Source: Ophelia neglecta
Lineage: Eukaryota
NCBI GenBank assembly: GCA_965285935.1
Contig: OZ260667.1
Location: 20,770,001-20,834,000, forward strand
Direction of reading: 5' to 3'
DNA length: 64,000 bases
How positions within the stretch are numbered: position 1 is the first letter of the stretch; each line of letters opens with the position of its first letter. Below are positions 22,801-34,800 of the stretch, piece after piece. The notes beneath the pieces are model-generated. The model ran no database searches and had not been told where the DNA came from. It worked only from the letters and a program-made list of their open reading frames with translations. The position numbers and the translations under genes are program-made.

Positions 22801-25800
22801 TGAATTGCTTTTCTCCTATTGTAGTGAATTATGTCAGCTAACGCTTAGTATCAGACCAAATAAATAAGTCGATCGGACCAAACAAGGGCCGGTAGTCAAT
22901 AAAGTCATCTGACGCTGCTCAGCTCCCATTGTATGTTTGCTAAATGCCTTAAACGTCCTTTTTTACCACAGCATTGTAGATCTGACTTTATAATGTAATC
23001 ATCTCCATTGGGGCGTCTATGGTATACTTCCAGCATATTTAGTGGGGCGCAAGTGTAGGAAGCTGTGGCAGAATATCGTTGGCAGGTACCTCATTTCCTG
23101 TAGAGCAGAATACGATTCTTGAAGCTATTTCCCTTTTTACTCATTCCCCGCCTCGGCGAAATGTACATGCACAAACCATTAAAAAAAGCAGTATGTATGC
23201 TACATCTATATCATTGTCCAACCTTGAACCTATACGCATATCTATGAATATAATAGGCGCCTTATCCTGGTGTAGCGAGTTACTAAGTATCGGTTTCTAG
23301 TAGTTGGAGGACTCCCCAACTTAATACATTTTTGTACTTGTATGTCCATATTTTTTGCTGGTGCCTTTTCGGGTTATGCTTTCCCTTATTTAGTCTTCGC
23401 TGGTGGATTAGCCGAAGGAGACTTCATCCTTTTAAATAACCCTTGTCCATGTTCCCTAATTGTTATGGCAGAAGGTTTGGCTTGTCATGAGCAATGCTTG
23501 ACCTATATTGACTTAACATGACATATGCTATGACCTATATTTGCTAACGGGTGCCTCTGTCGCGGCGTATCTCAAAAGAAAAACACCATTGATTCCCTAC
23601 GCATCTCCACGAGCCTTCCATGCAGCCTGTTGCATGCCACAAAACCCAGTCCCACAGCTATTGGGCCTATAGATAATCTCGTTAATTGCCACCTATGCTT
23701 TGGAATGCTTGGATTTCGAGACCTACACACTAATGTCCCCAGGCAGCCGCCTGCCTCTCCATGGCTCCGCAGTCAGAATGAGATGAACCGGAGCCAATTA
23801 GCTACTTCGGCAGCAGGAAGAACAAAAACGAAACACGTGGCATTTCGGAATCTTCTTCTCCTGGCGATGTAATGGCTGATGACAAGCGTCAGTGATTTAT
23901 AGATGGGATGCCCATTAAATAAGATTACCTATTACCAAAGCCTGGCAGATCTTTAGCCGAAAACGGCAGGCATTTTTTCTGATTTTACATCTTGTAATCT
24001 AAAAAGGGAGCTTACCATAAATCTTCAACCTTATGGCGGGTTTGTAAAATCCTTCAAGAGTTTGAATGGAAAGAATTAAATGATGTTAAACCCATTTTTA
24101 CCTTCCATTTTAGTGATAATGTGGCTACGTCTACAAAAGAGGCTGTCTTCTTTTGGAACTGAATCTTACATTGATTTGGACTGAGCTGTGTTAACATTGT
24201 TTCCTCCATTTCATCCACGAGAGTCTTGTATACAATTACTATTAATACACACCAAGATTGCCTCGCATGCCTGCATTTATTGATGGCAGCCATTGTAGAA
24301 AAGAGCCCATGGGCTAGTATCGAATCCGTCACATCCAAGAATGAGAATTAAAAAAGAATGATGTGCTTTAAAGATGCCTTCATGAATAACCGAATTGTAC
24401 GAGCCATCGAATGCTTAAAGCAATTATCTGATGTGTGATTTCCAAATACATCAATCATCGACAGCTTCTGTGTGCCCGGGATGCTTTAAACTCATTGCTC
24501 AAGTATCGAAATATTACAAACGTCGGCCGGCCTTGGGGCTAGTAATCGATGAAAATCTTAAATAAAATGGAATCCGCCAAGCGAGCGATAATGGCAGTGG
24601 AGCGTTCGGTTTGTTTCTGTGTATTTATTGACCGCCTCCGAGCCCTTTGTCCAGTCGATCCACTCAGATGAGATGGATGATTGATCAGTAAGGGATAGGG
24701 TCTAATCTGGCATTCTGATCACAGCGGATTAAGAATATCGAATGCTCATTTAAGGGCCTGTTAAATAATGAGAGGCTTCAACATGAACTGTGAAGTTCAT
24801 TGATGTTGTCATGAACTGGATAGTTTTCTTCATTTTCTTGTCTGAGCTTAATTGATTAATTAACTTAACTGACTTGATCATCACTTTGTCATGAAGATAG
24901 ATCATACGTATAATGCATCACAATTATACAATTTTATGATTTTTAAAGACATGTACCTCTATGCAGGGCACGAAATTGCCGCTATCCCGTTGGCCCGGGA
25001 CAAGCTATTTTCGCGCAGGGCAAGCTGATCAATTACTTAATTTGTCCGCCGGGCTAATACAGCAGCGGGGTCAGTTACTGGGTTAAATTTCGGGCAAGTT
25101 ATGGTTTTCCGAGGCAAGCATTTACCGCTGGACGCCATTTTTTGACTGGGTGAAAGTTAGGCAGGTCGCTGCATGTATGACAGTATCGCAGCAAAAGCGT
25201 TGCAACTGAAGCCTAGTCACCGGCGCCTTCCCGCGCCTTGCTACACTACGAAAGTAGGTCCGGCAGAGGGCAGACGCCATACTTCTCCGTGCCTCCCAGC
25301 ACACATCACCACTTCGGTCAAGCCCTCGAGAGGAACGGCATGCAGAGTGACAAGTTGGAGGGGGAGTGGAAAAAGTTAAAGAAAGAGATGTACGAAAGGC
25401 AAGCAAAGATACATTTAAAATTAACTAGGCACTGCCATACACTAGCTGATCATGCCACATGAAGATCTATTTATGGCAAATTAATTTTTATTATTAATGT
25501 GATTGACATTTATTATTAATTAAGTTAAGATTTTCAAATCAAATTAGTTTATTGCCATTATTTTTGTGAAACATATTTATAGTATGAAACAGATATTATA
25601 GATCTATAATTAAATAATGGAAGGTTATATCAGGTTATAATATAATAAAGATAATATAGGTAATCATGTTTTCCATATTTCACATGTACAGGAATGTGCA
25701 CCAATCCAGTTGAGTGGATATTAACCTACATTTTGGCACCAATGCCAAAAATGTGCTAGCAATGGTGGATCTCATATTGGCAATACCCTCTTCATCGGCA

Positions 25801-28800
25801 GAAGCAGAGAGGGGTTCAATTTTATGAAAATTGTCAAAAATGACTTTAGAAGTTGTCTGGCGGACTCTACATTAACAGACATAATGCATATTGTGTTGAA
25901 ATCCCTGGAAGTAAACTCATTCGATCCTGCCCCAGCAGTGCACTTATGGAACAGCAGCAGCAGGGGCAGATCTAGGAGAGTGTTTGAAGTTGTCAGTAAG
26001 AACTCTAGGGCTGATCTTGCTCCTATAAGTATTCCTGGACCCATGGGAGCCCCTGCTGCTGCTGTTCCTGTTGCCACTGCTGGGAAGGAGGAGATGCAAA
26101 CAGATTCTCAATCTGATGATGAAGATTATTATTCTGAAATCTCTGACTTTGAGGGGGAGGAAGTGGCCTTCACCCAATTTACTTCCTGTCATGTAAACTT
26201 CGAAAAATAAATAAATTTGAATGTGATTGTAGTTTTTAAACTTTTATATTATATGCCTTATTTATGAATTAGAATATTAAAGATATCTAGCATATTTGGG
26301 TCAAATTAATTTAGGGCAACTAGATTTTCAGTTGGGCAAGTTTATTTTACATGTAACTAGCCCCTGGGCAAGCAAATTTGGGGGAAGTCAAGTTAAAAAG
26401 TTTATTTACTTGCCCAGAGGGCAAGTTGTAAATTTCAATTAGCTTCATGCCCTGCTATGGATTTAAAATAAGCCACTACCAAGCTTGTCGTACATCAACC
26501 AGTGGTGGACTAACACAATGCAAGACAAACAATAAACTTTATTTGCCTTAAAATTTTCTTTTTTTCCTAGTTTCGAAAGGCTTGCATGCATTTAAAATGA
26601 GGTTTTTGTTACTTGCTCTGCTTTTAATCTTGTCATAACAATCTTTAAACGCTGTTTGACCCTTTCTTGTGATCGACTAGGCTGGCTATGTTGGATTACC
26701 CTTAGTACGTTAGAATACTGCCCAGGTGTACTCCGGGTGAAGGCGTCCATATTGGTGGATATCCTAAGAATGTCACAAGCAATTACCTATATTTTACGCG
26801 GCATGCCTGCGTACGAAGGGGTCGTCTGCAAGACAGCGACAAGCCATGGCCTCCACTTCCGGTAACCATAGACCAATGGCTGTATAGGCCCCTAGTATCA
26901 TTTTAATATTACACTAACGTCAAAAAAAGTAACGTTACCTAGAAAATGTGGGAAGATATGAAGCATGCACATAATATTATGAGCATGTGGGAAAGCCAAA
27001 AAAACTATTATTAACCGTTGGCCGGTAGCTGTACTATACAAGGGTGCTGTTCTCCTTTCTTACAGAAAGGGCCCTTTATTTACTATCATTGTGAGTCTAC
27101 GAGACGCAAGGATGTACATTCAACTTAATGTAATTATCGCTTATTAGCATATACGCTATAAACAAATAATTTAATATGGCTACAAGAAGGCCAGATCGAC
27201 CAAGGAAGGTTCTGCTGTAGGATTTCTTACTTGATTCTGAAGCAAGTTGAGATGCCATGAGCAGGCGTGTAGCTGATTCTCGGCTTACCTTAGAAGGTCA
27301 CGCGCTCAATAATTAATGATAAGGCACAATAGAACCTCCGAGAAGCTGCTAGATCAATTATGTAACCTTGGTCTTAAACTGTCCATTTTTACGAGGTTAA
27401 GATAAAGCAGAAACTGAGCAGGTCTGTTTAAAACCAGGAAGGTTGGGAATCATTGAGGATGGCATTCAAGGACACCAAATGACCATGATTAGGGTCAGTA
27501 TGGTAATATATACACGGAAAAGCCAAATTTACGAGTCAGCTTTTCTTATATTGTAGGTAACAATTTGATACAGATATATACAACTGTACGTGTGTTCTCA
27601 TGAGATAAATTTGCCAACTTTTAACAAGTAGCATCAGAATGGATATTCGCCAGAAGAGATAATTATGTAACAATAAATTAATAATAATAACCTTTGGTTG
27701 CTCCCGGTTGTTTCTAATGTACAACCGCTGTGTACATGTGTATAGGTAGGCGACAAACAACATCCATTTCGCAGGGAGTTTGTAACTTTGCCTATTCGTG
27801 TCATGCCAATTTAGATGCTGATGACCTACCAAGGGCACTCCACATGAGAGGCAATTCCTCGCGAGAATAGACTCGACCGGACCCCTCTACTGTCAAGACT
27901 ACTACAGGAAACCTCTCAGTGTTCCATAATCACTGCTGTGTGGAAAATGGTCTCAGCGGACTCGGAGCAGCATATTTAGTCTTCTTTCATCAACTGCATT
28001 AATATGCCTACATCTGGTTGGGTCCAAATATACCTGTCAATTCGCAGTGTTCGTATGGCAGATAACTGCAATACTGTAATAGATACCTGAATTCCGCTTC
28101 TGAAATCAAGACCTTTCTGCTTGCCTCTTTTAGGCATTGCAACTTGCACTAGAATACCAAGTCGTTATCGCTCGTGTGAGCTGCGGTCGTTATCCCTCGT
28201 GTGAGTTGCAGTCGTTATCGCCCGTGTTAGCTGCGGTCGTTATCGCCCGTGTTAGCTGCGGCCGTTATCGGCCGTGTGAGCTGCGGTCGTTATCGGCCGT
28301 GTGAGCTGCGGTCGTTATCGCCCGTGTTAGCTGCGGTCGTTATCGCCCGTGTACGCAGCGGCCGTTATCGCCCGGGTGAACTGCAGCCTTCAAGTTGAGT
28401 CATGCACCTGCCTCTGACAGGTATGCTGTCATATTGTTGCCTTCCCTGCATACACCATTTCATTTCACATAGCCTATTAACATGACCAAGACACCTGTAT
28501 TTTTCTTTACATAATCAAAGTACGTGTTTGCATTCCGTGTAGTCTTTAGGCCGGTGTCGATTTGGCGATATTGCTGAATTTCAACTGTCTGGGGGAAGAT
28601 GGATTATCTCTCCTCATAGGCAAAAACAATTAGGAGTTATCCCGGACACCAGCAACCGATTAAATCACTCATTATCAGCTAAACCGGGGATAGCGTCTAC
28701 CAAACACCAACTGACATCAATGGTGGCTGAAAGGCAAAGTGGGAAAAACTTGTAAAACGTGTTGACAACCTGCGGCAAGCCAATGTAACAATACATTAAA

Positions 28801-31800
28801 AAAAACTATGGATAGGATCGCTTTGGTGCAATGCAATTATCAGGTCATGGTATTAACGACATTTTGTATGGGTTGTATGTGGTCGTGCTAGTTTTCTAGT
28901 ATCGATTGATTAAAAGTAACAGATAAGGTTAGTAATATTACATGCAACACTACAAAAGACATTAGAATAATGTTTAAAGACATGCCGTGCGAACAAAAAC
29001 AAGTAAATTCGCATAGATTGCATAAAATGGTCAGTGTAAGTCGTCTGCACATTGCTGTCAGTGCAAACGGTCAATACATTGACGCTCATCTGACCAGGCC
29101 TCGCTCATCTGACTAGGACATTGTCTGGTGTTATCCCTCGCTCATCTGACCAGGCCTCGCTTATCTGACCAGGACATTGTCTGGTGTTATCCCTCGCTCA
29201 TCTGACCAGGCCTCGCTTATCTAACCATGACATTGTCTGGTGTTATCCCTCGCTCATCTGACCAGGCCTCGCTCATCTGACTAGGACATTCTCTGGTGTT
29301 ATCCCTCGCTTATCTGACTAGGACATTCTCTGGTGTTATCCCTCGCTCATCTGACCAGGCCTCGCTCATCTGACCAGGACATTGTCTGGTGTTATCCCTC
29401 TCTCATCTGACCAGGCCTCGCTCATCTGACTAGGACATTGTCTGGTGTTATCACTCGCTTATCTGGCTAGGACATTCTCCGGTGTTATCCCTCGCTCATC
29501 TGACCAGGCCTCGCTCATCTGACTAGGACATTGTCTGGTGTTATCCCTCGCTCATCTGACCAGGCCTCGCTCATCTGACTAGGACATTGTCTGGTGTTAT
29601 CCCTCGCTCATCTGACCAGGACATTGTCTGGTGTTATCCCTCTCTCATCTGACCAGGCCTCGCTCATCTGACCAGGACATTTTCTGGTGTTATCACTCGC
29701 TTATCTGGCTAGGACATTCTCCGGTGTTATCCCTCGCTCATCTGACCAGGCCTCGCTCATCTGACTAGGACATTGTCTGGTGTTATCCCTCGCTTATCTG
29801 GCTAGGACATTCTCCGGTGTTATCCCTCGCTCATCTGACTAGGACATTCTCTGGGGTTATCCCTCGGTCATCAGACTAGGACATTCTCCGGTGTTATCCC
29901 TCGCTCATCTGACCAGGCTTCGCTCATCTGACTGGGAAATACTCCTGTGTTATGCCTCGCTTATCGGACCAAGCCTCGCTCATATGATCAGGCCTCGCTT
30001 ATCTGACTAGGATAAATTCTGGTGTTAACTCTCGCTTATATGACCAGGCTAAATTGGGTCTGACTTTCCAGTGCAGCTGGCATGCAGTTGCCATTAAGAA
30101 TTCAAAACTTGCCCTTCTTCCTTCTCGTTTGTCCAGTAATGAAGTTATATGCTGCCATGGCGGGCAGTCTCGAGCAGCTTGCGTGAGTATTAATGTAATA
30201 TTTATGGCAAGTTGGTTCTTTGGTTTCACTTTGAGGATGGACAATACTGCTAAATACAGCGTTCTCACACATAATTTTGGCTTCACCAGGATTCTCAAGG
30301 AGATGAAGGCCAAGTCTGTTTATAATGAGATTCTTCCAGGTCGAGTCCGCCTCTCACACTGTAGCTGTCGCAGTGGAACACAAGACGGTTTTTGGTGTGA
30401 TGTATTGGGCGAAAACAACCTATATCTGTTAAAGTTGAGGTCTGCTGATTGCCCAGGACGCTGGCTACCCAACACCTGTCGGGCAATCTGCTGTAATATG
30501 CAGTGCATGTCCACAACTTAGACATATGACATTATGAACAAACACCAAATAATAGAAAAAATAACTTGGGAGTAGATGAAAATCATGCTCAATTCTAAGT
30601 GCACTTGAAAAACTTGGTGCCCTTGAGAGCTATTTGTATATGACTAATCATAATGGCTCATCACTGGATAAGGACAAACACCCTATGTAACAACATATTT
30701 CATCTCAAGGAAAGATTATCAGGTTCGGCTGCCATTTCGATACAGCATGTCTCAGCCCATACCTGTTTTGATCATGCAGTTAGCTTTGCCATCACGTTCC
30801 TGCATAAGGATCTTAAAAAATATGTACATTGTGATGTAGAGGCGGCCGACGACTTTTATTTGGCTTAATGTTGCCTCTAGAGGATCTATTTTCTATCGCT
30901 ACCCCTTCATTGGTTATGTGGCCTCGGCTGGCAAGGAGACATGATGATGTTGTGAATTACTACGGCGAGAGATTACACCTGCGACGTACAGGTAGAAGAC
31001 CCCTCCGATCACCGGAGAACCCTCGGCCTCTTACGCTCCTACGGGCGCCAATTCAAGGTTGGGTAGAATACACGACTTCCACAAACACCTGAATACAATA
31101 GAATAAATACCGTGTCTGATACTAATTGGAAATGAACTGAACAATTTAATTTGAAGAGCCCCAATCCTTTGTTTCATTCTTTCAGTTTTTCATCTTTATC
31201 TTATTTCCTTCTTTTTTACTACCTATTTAGTAATGATAACAATAATCATTACAAGTTACATTTGTATGTACAGCATAAGTAAATATATGCTTATGGGTGA
31301 ATTCCACAGTAGGCTATATAAATATGATATTATGCCGCGCATAAATATATTAGTCCATGGCTTTATGCATGCGTTGTTTTCACAAATGTGTTCTCAGAAG
31401 TATAAAACAGACATTTGTATAGTTGCAACGAAGATGGTTGGCTTTGATTTTTAGGGCACGATGCCCAATTCCTCTGTCCTATAGACGATAATTTACAATT
31501 CAGTTCAGTCAATTCTCAACTGAAATAAACCTAGTCTTGATATACATGTATGTTTGTCCCCACGCCAGTTTTCTTTTTTACACAAGTATATCTCTGGCTT
31601 CTCGTGCACAGATTTTACCTGAACCAACTGCAGGTGAAAATAATTACTTGCCTGTCGATTTAGGGTTTTTTTTGTAACTATCGATTTTCGGCCGGTTGTT
31701 CAAAGGTGCAATTCGCGCACGGTGGTCATAAATATACTTTTAATAAGCCTCCCTCGAAAAAAAGCCGAGCGAGTTCCTACAAAGAAAAGTGCCAGAGGAG

Positions 31801-34800
31801 GAAGGTGTCTTATTTCTGAATTTAAAAAATCCACTTTCTTATATTATCCTAGTCACCAATATAAAAGTTCGTTTTCTAGTTCTAAAACATCAACATTCAG
31901 TCATTTGCTTGCTCCTTTTGAAGGCATTTCCTATTTTTTAAACCTGAAGAAACAGAGTATACTGTCGGTTTTCCCGACCTTTGATTCCCCGTCTGCCATC
32001 TGTGAAGAGGAATGCGGCCTCCGTATTGTCCGAGAACGTCAAAAACAGAAAATTGGCGTAGATCTCTCAAAGTCTGGCTCGAATTCCAGTAAAACATTCA
32101 CTGGTTTACCATGGACAATGAAGATAAATAAACGGGCCGTGGGCAACGATCACCCACACCTGGATATCACCTCTCACCGGCTGCCGATGGCCTCTTTGCA
32201 ATTATAGCCACGTACATTTTATCAGGTTCGTGGGTAGGTTTTGGTCATCACAATATCAGTGGAGCATTAAACACTGTCAAAGACGGTATACAAGCTCGCG
32301 GAGTAAACACGATTGACTCCCCATCGAACCAAGGCTAGTTACAATATGAGTTAACCAGATTGGAAAGACCGTAACGATTTATGAGTACAGAAATAAGCGA
32401 GTCAATTTGACTCAGCTGCAAACTGTCTAGGGTAACTTGTGGGGGAAAGGGGGGTTCTGACTTCCGCATCCCTCCCTCATTGTGCCCTCTACGTCGGACT
32501 GGGCTTTTATGTACTCCTTGAAGTAAATCACTGCCTCATAACCGCTATAGTTAGGCCTATTGATACATTATATATCAGTGAGCCAAACTTGGGGGGGGTA
32601 GGTTTTGGATTGTAGAAGTGTGTTTTGTTAAACTGAAGAATACAGAGGAAGGCTTAACGGCAGACGACGATGCTATGACAAGGTTGGGGTCAACTGATAC
32701 CCTCCCGGGTCAAGTGGCTCTCCCATCCCACTTCAAATCATCTAGGTCCTAAAGTAGCTCAGGCCAAGGAGCATTCCGCCTTAACAGCTCAAACTTCACT
32801 GCCTCATTTATTTGATCCATTCAAGCGCTCTTGAATTCATTTGAGTACCGTTAATTATTTTCAGTGACGCACAACCTAGTATTGAACAATTAAAGATCAT
32901 GGCAAATTAAAACATTTAGGCACCGTACCACGGGGGTAAGAAAAACATGGTTATTATTCTAAGTGTAATCGAAGATATCTCCTACAGCTAGTTGAAAGAC
33001 AGAAACAATCGACTTCAGGTGAAAACAGGTCAATTGCAAGTAAGACCAGGGGGCAAGCATTAAGACTACAAGCATTGTTGAATATTGACGAATATATATA
33101 TATATATATATTAGTTTATTACCTCCATTATATGAAGAGTACTTAGATGCCAAAATATGTAAATGTCAGGTTCGTGTCTATAAATCAAGTGAACATATAT
33201 ATAATTGCAATTACGGCCATATTCCCGCATTACACCCTTCGGAATTAATAAGTTTCTTCATTATTCATCTAAATGTTCTGTTGATTCCAATTCTGTCAGG
33301 CGTGTACTCCACAAGACACGGAGTATTGAAGGGTATATCCGTTACATTAGAGCCAGATTGACTGGTCTGCTGCTGACAGATCTTGTTAGTTATTGAGTAT
33401 GACAGGTGTACGTGTGGCCCCTGTGAAGGAGCTCCTCCAGGTACTGGAGGACTGCCTCCATTGGACACGTATTTATCTATATAATTGATGACAGACTTAT
33501 TACACCGAGGGGGTCGACGAAACGAACAGAAAAATTATCTATATGTATAAATGTGTGTGTGTAACATGGTATTCCGTTTAATTTGTTAAATTTTCTAAAG
33601 GTTTCTTAGCAACAGCCTGTCGAATATTTGACTTGGATCACAAGTCTGATAGGATATGTTTTGTAGGAGTGTAATTGCAAAACTGTCATTACTGGAATAT
33701 TTCAAGAAGATAATAATATATCTCTGCCCAGTAAAGACCCCCCCCCCCCCCCTCTCTCTCTCTCCCTAGATCCCTGATTCTCCGAAATGGCTCTGGAAAC
33801 ATACAGTTTTTATTTTTATGGTGATTTATATGACACCTTAACCACAGAATGTGTCCAAAATGCAAATGCGTAAATAAATCTGCCGTTAAGTATGGATGAA
33901 CAGAAATTGTTGCGTGCCTGTTTTGTGGAAACCCTTCCTTTGCTTCTAGTATTATTTGAGGTAATTGGATAAAGGTATAATTTTAGTCACATTTGTGACT
34001 GTCATTGACTTATTAATGCCCCTTTAGAAAAAAAATTCAGTATTTAAAATACTCTATAATGTATAGGACTGTCTCAGGGGTGTCTGGGATTGCTTGAAGT
34101 CTATGACGTATAGATAGGTACAAAGTTAAAGCCATGCTTAAATTGTTCCTGGACAAATTTCCATTAATACAGGGCAGTCTTCGTCATTACCAGCAAACTA
34201 CAAATTGTCCCTTTAACGTTGGATATTATGGACTGAGCCTTGCTCGTACTAAGAAAAAGAACCCTTTTGTTGTTCTTTATTTTTATCTCCGTGTTGTCGC
34301 GATAAAAATAAAGAACAACCATCTAATTCTTCTTTTTAGTACGAGCAAGGTCCAGTCGAGAATAGCCAAAGTTAAGGAGACAGTTTATATGGCCTTTCGT
34401 GGTGATTCATCGCCAAAAAACCGGAAGCGGCTGAAAGTAGGTCACGGCAACCATTAATGCCGCCATAAGGTGTCCAGGAGGACCAGGCATGTGGAGACAA
34501 GGCAAGGATCAGTGTCAGTCATCGACCACAGGAACAAATGTGGCCATTGAAACTGGATAATTAGATCTCTTGTTAAATGTAAACTGTACCGTGTCAGAGT
34601 GGCTCTCTGGTGGTCAATAAAAGGCAACGGCTAAAATGGCTTGTAGAAGCTTTCTTTGTTAGAATATGTTCCGTTTTATTTCTTTTCGTCTTCTTAAATG
34701 TCTAGACCTTAAATGTCACCATTGACGGTTTGGACGGGTATTATCGTCTCAGAGATTTCGGTTCCATAACTGCGGTTATTTTATAAAGAGGAGAGAGGTT

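Noticed and set aside
29083-30050. CRISPR-like repeat/spacer alternation
   Set aside because: The intervening 18-mers are near-identical rather than unique spacers, there are no cas genes, and the context is a eukaryotic intron.
30054-30521. 155-aa ORF and overlapping ORFs next to the minisatellite; also the 161-aa ORF at 31722-32207
   Set aside because: Non-ATG starts, no recognisable motif, no supporting splice structure; consistent with chance ORFs.
30869-31143. Possible solo LTR (TGTT...AATAAA...AACA)
   Set aside because: Only a 4-bp terminal match, and the flanks (CTTAA vs ATTTA) do not form a TSD.
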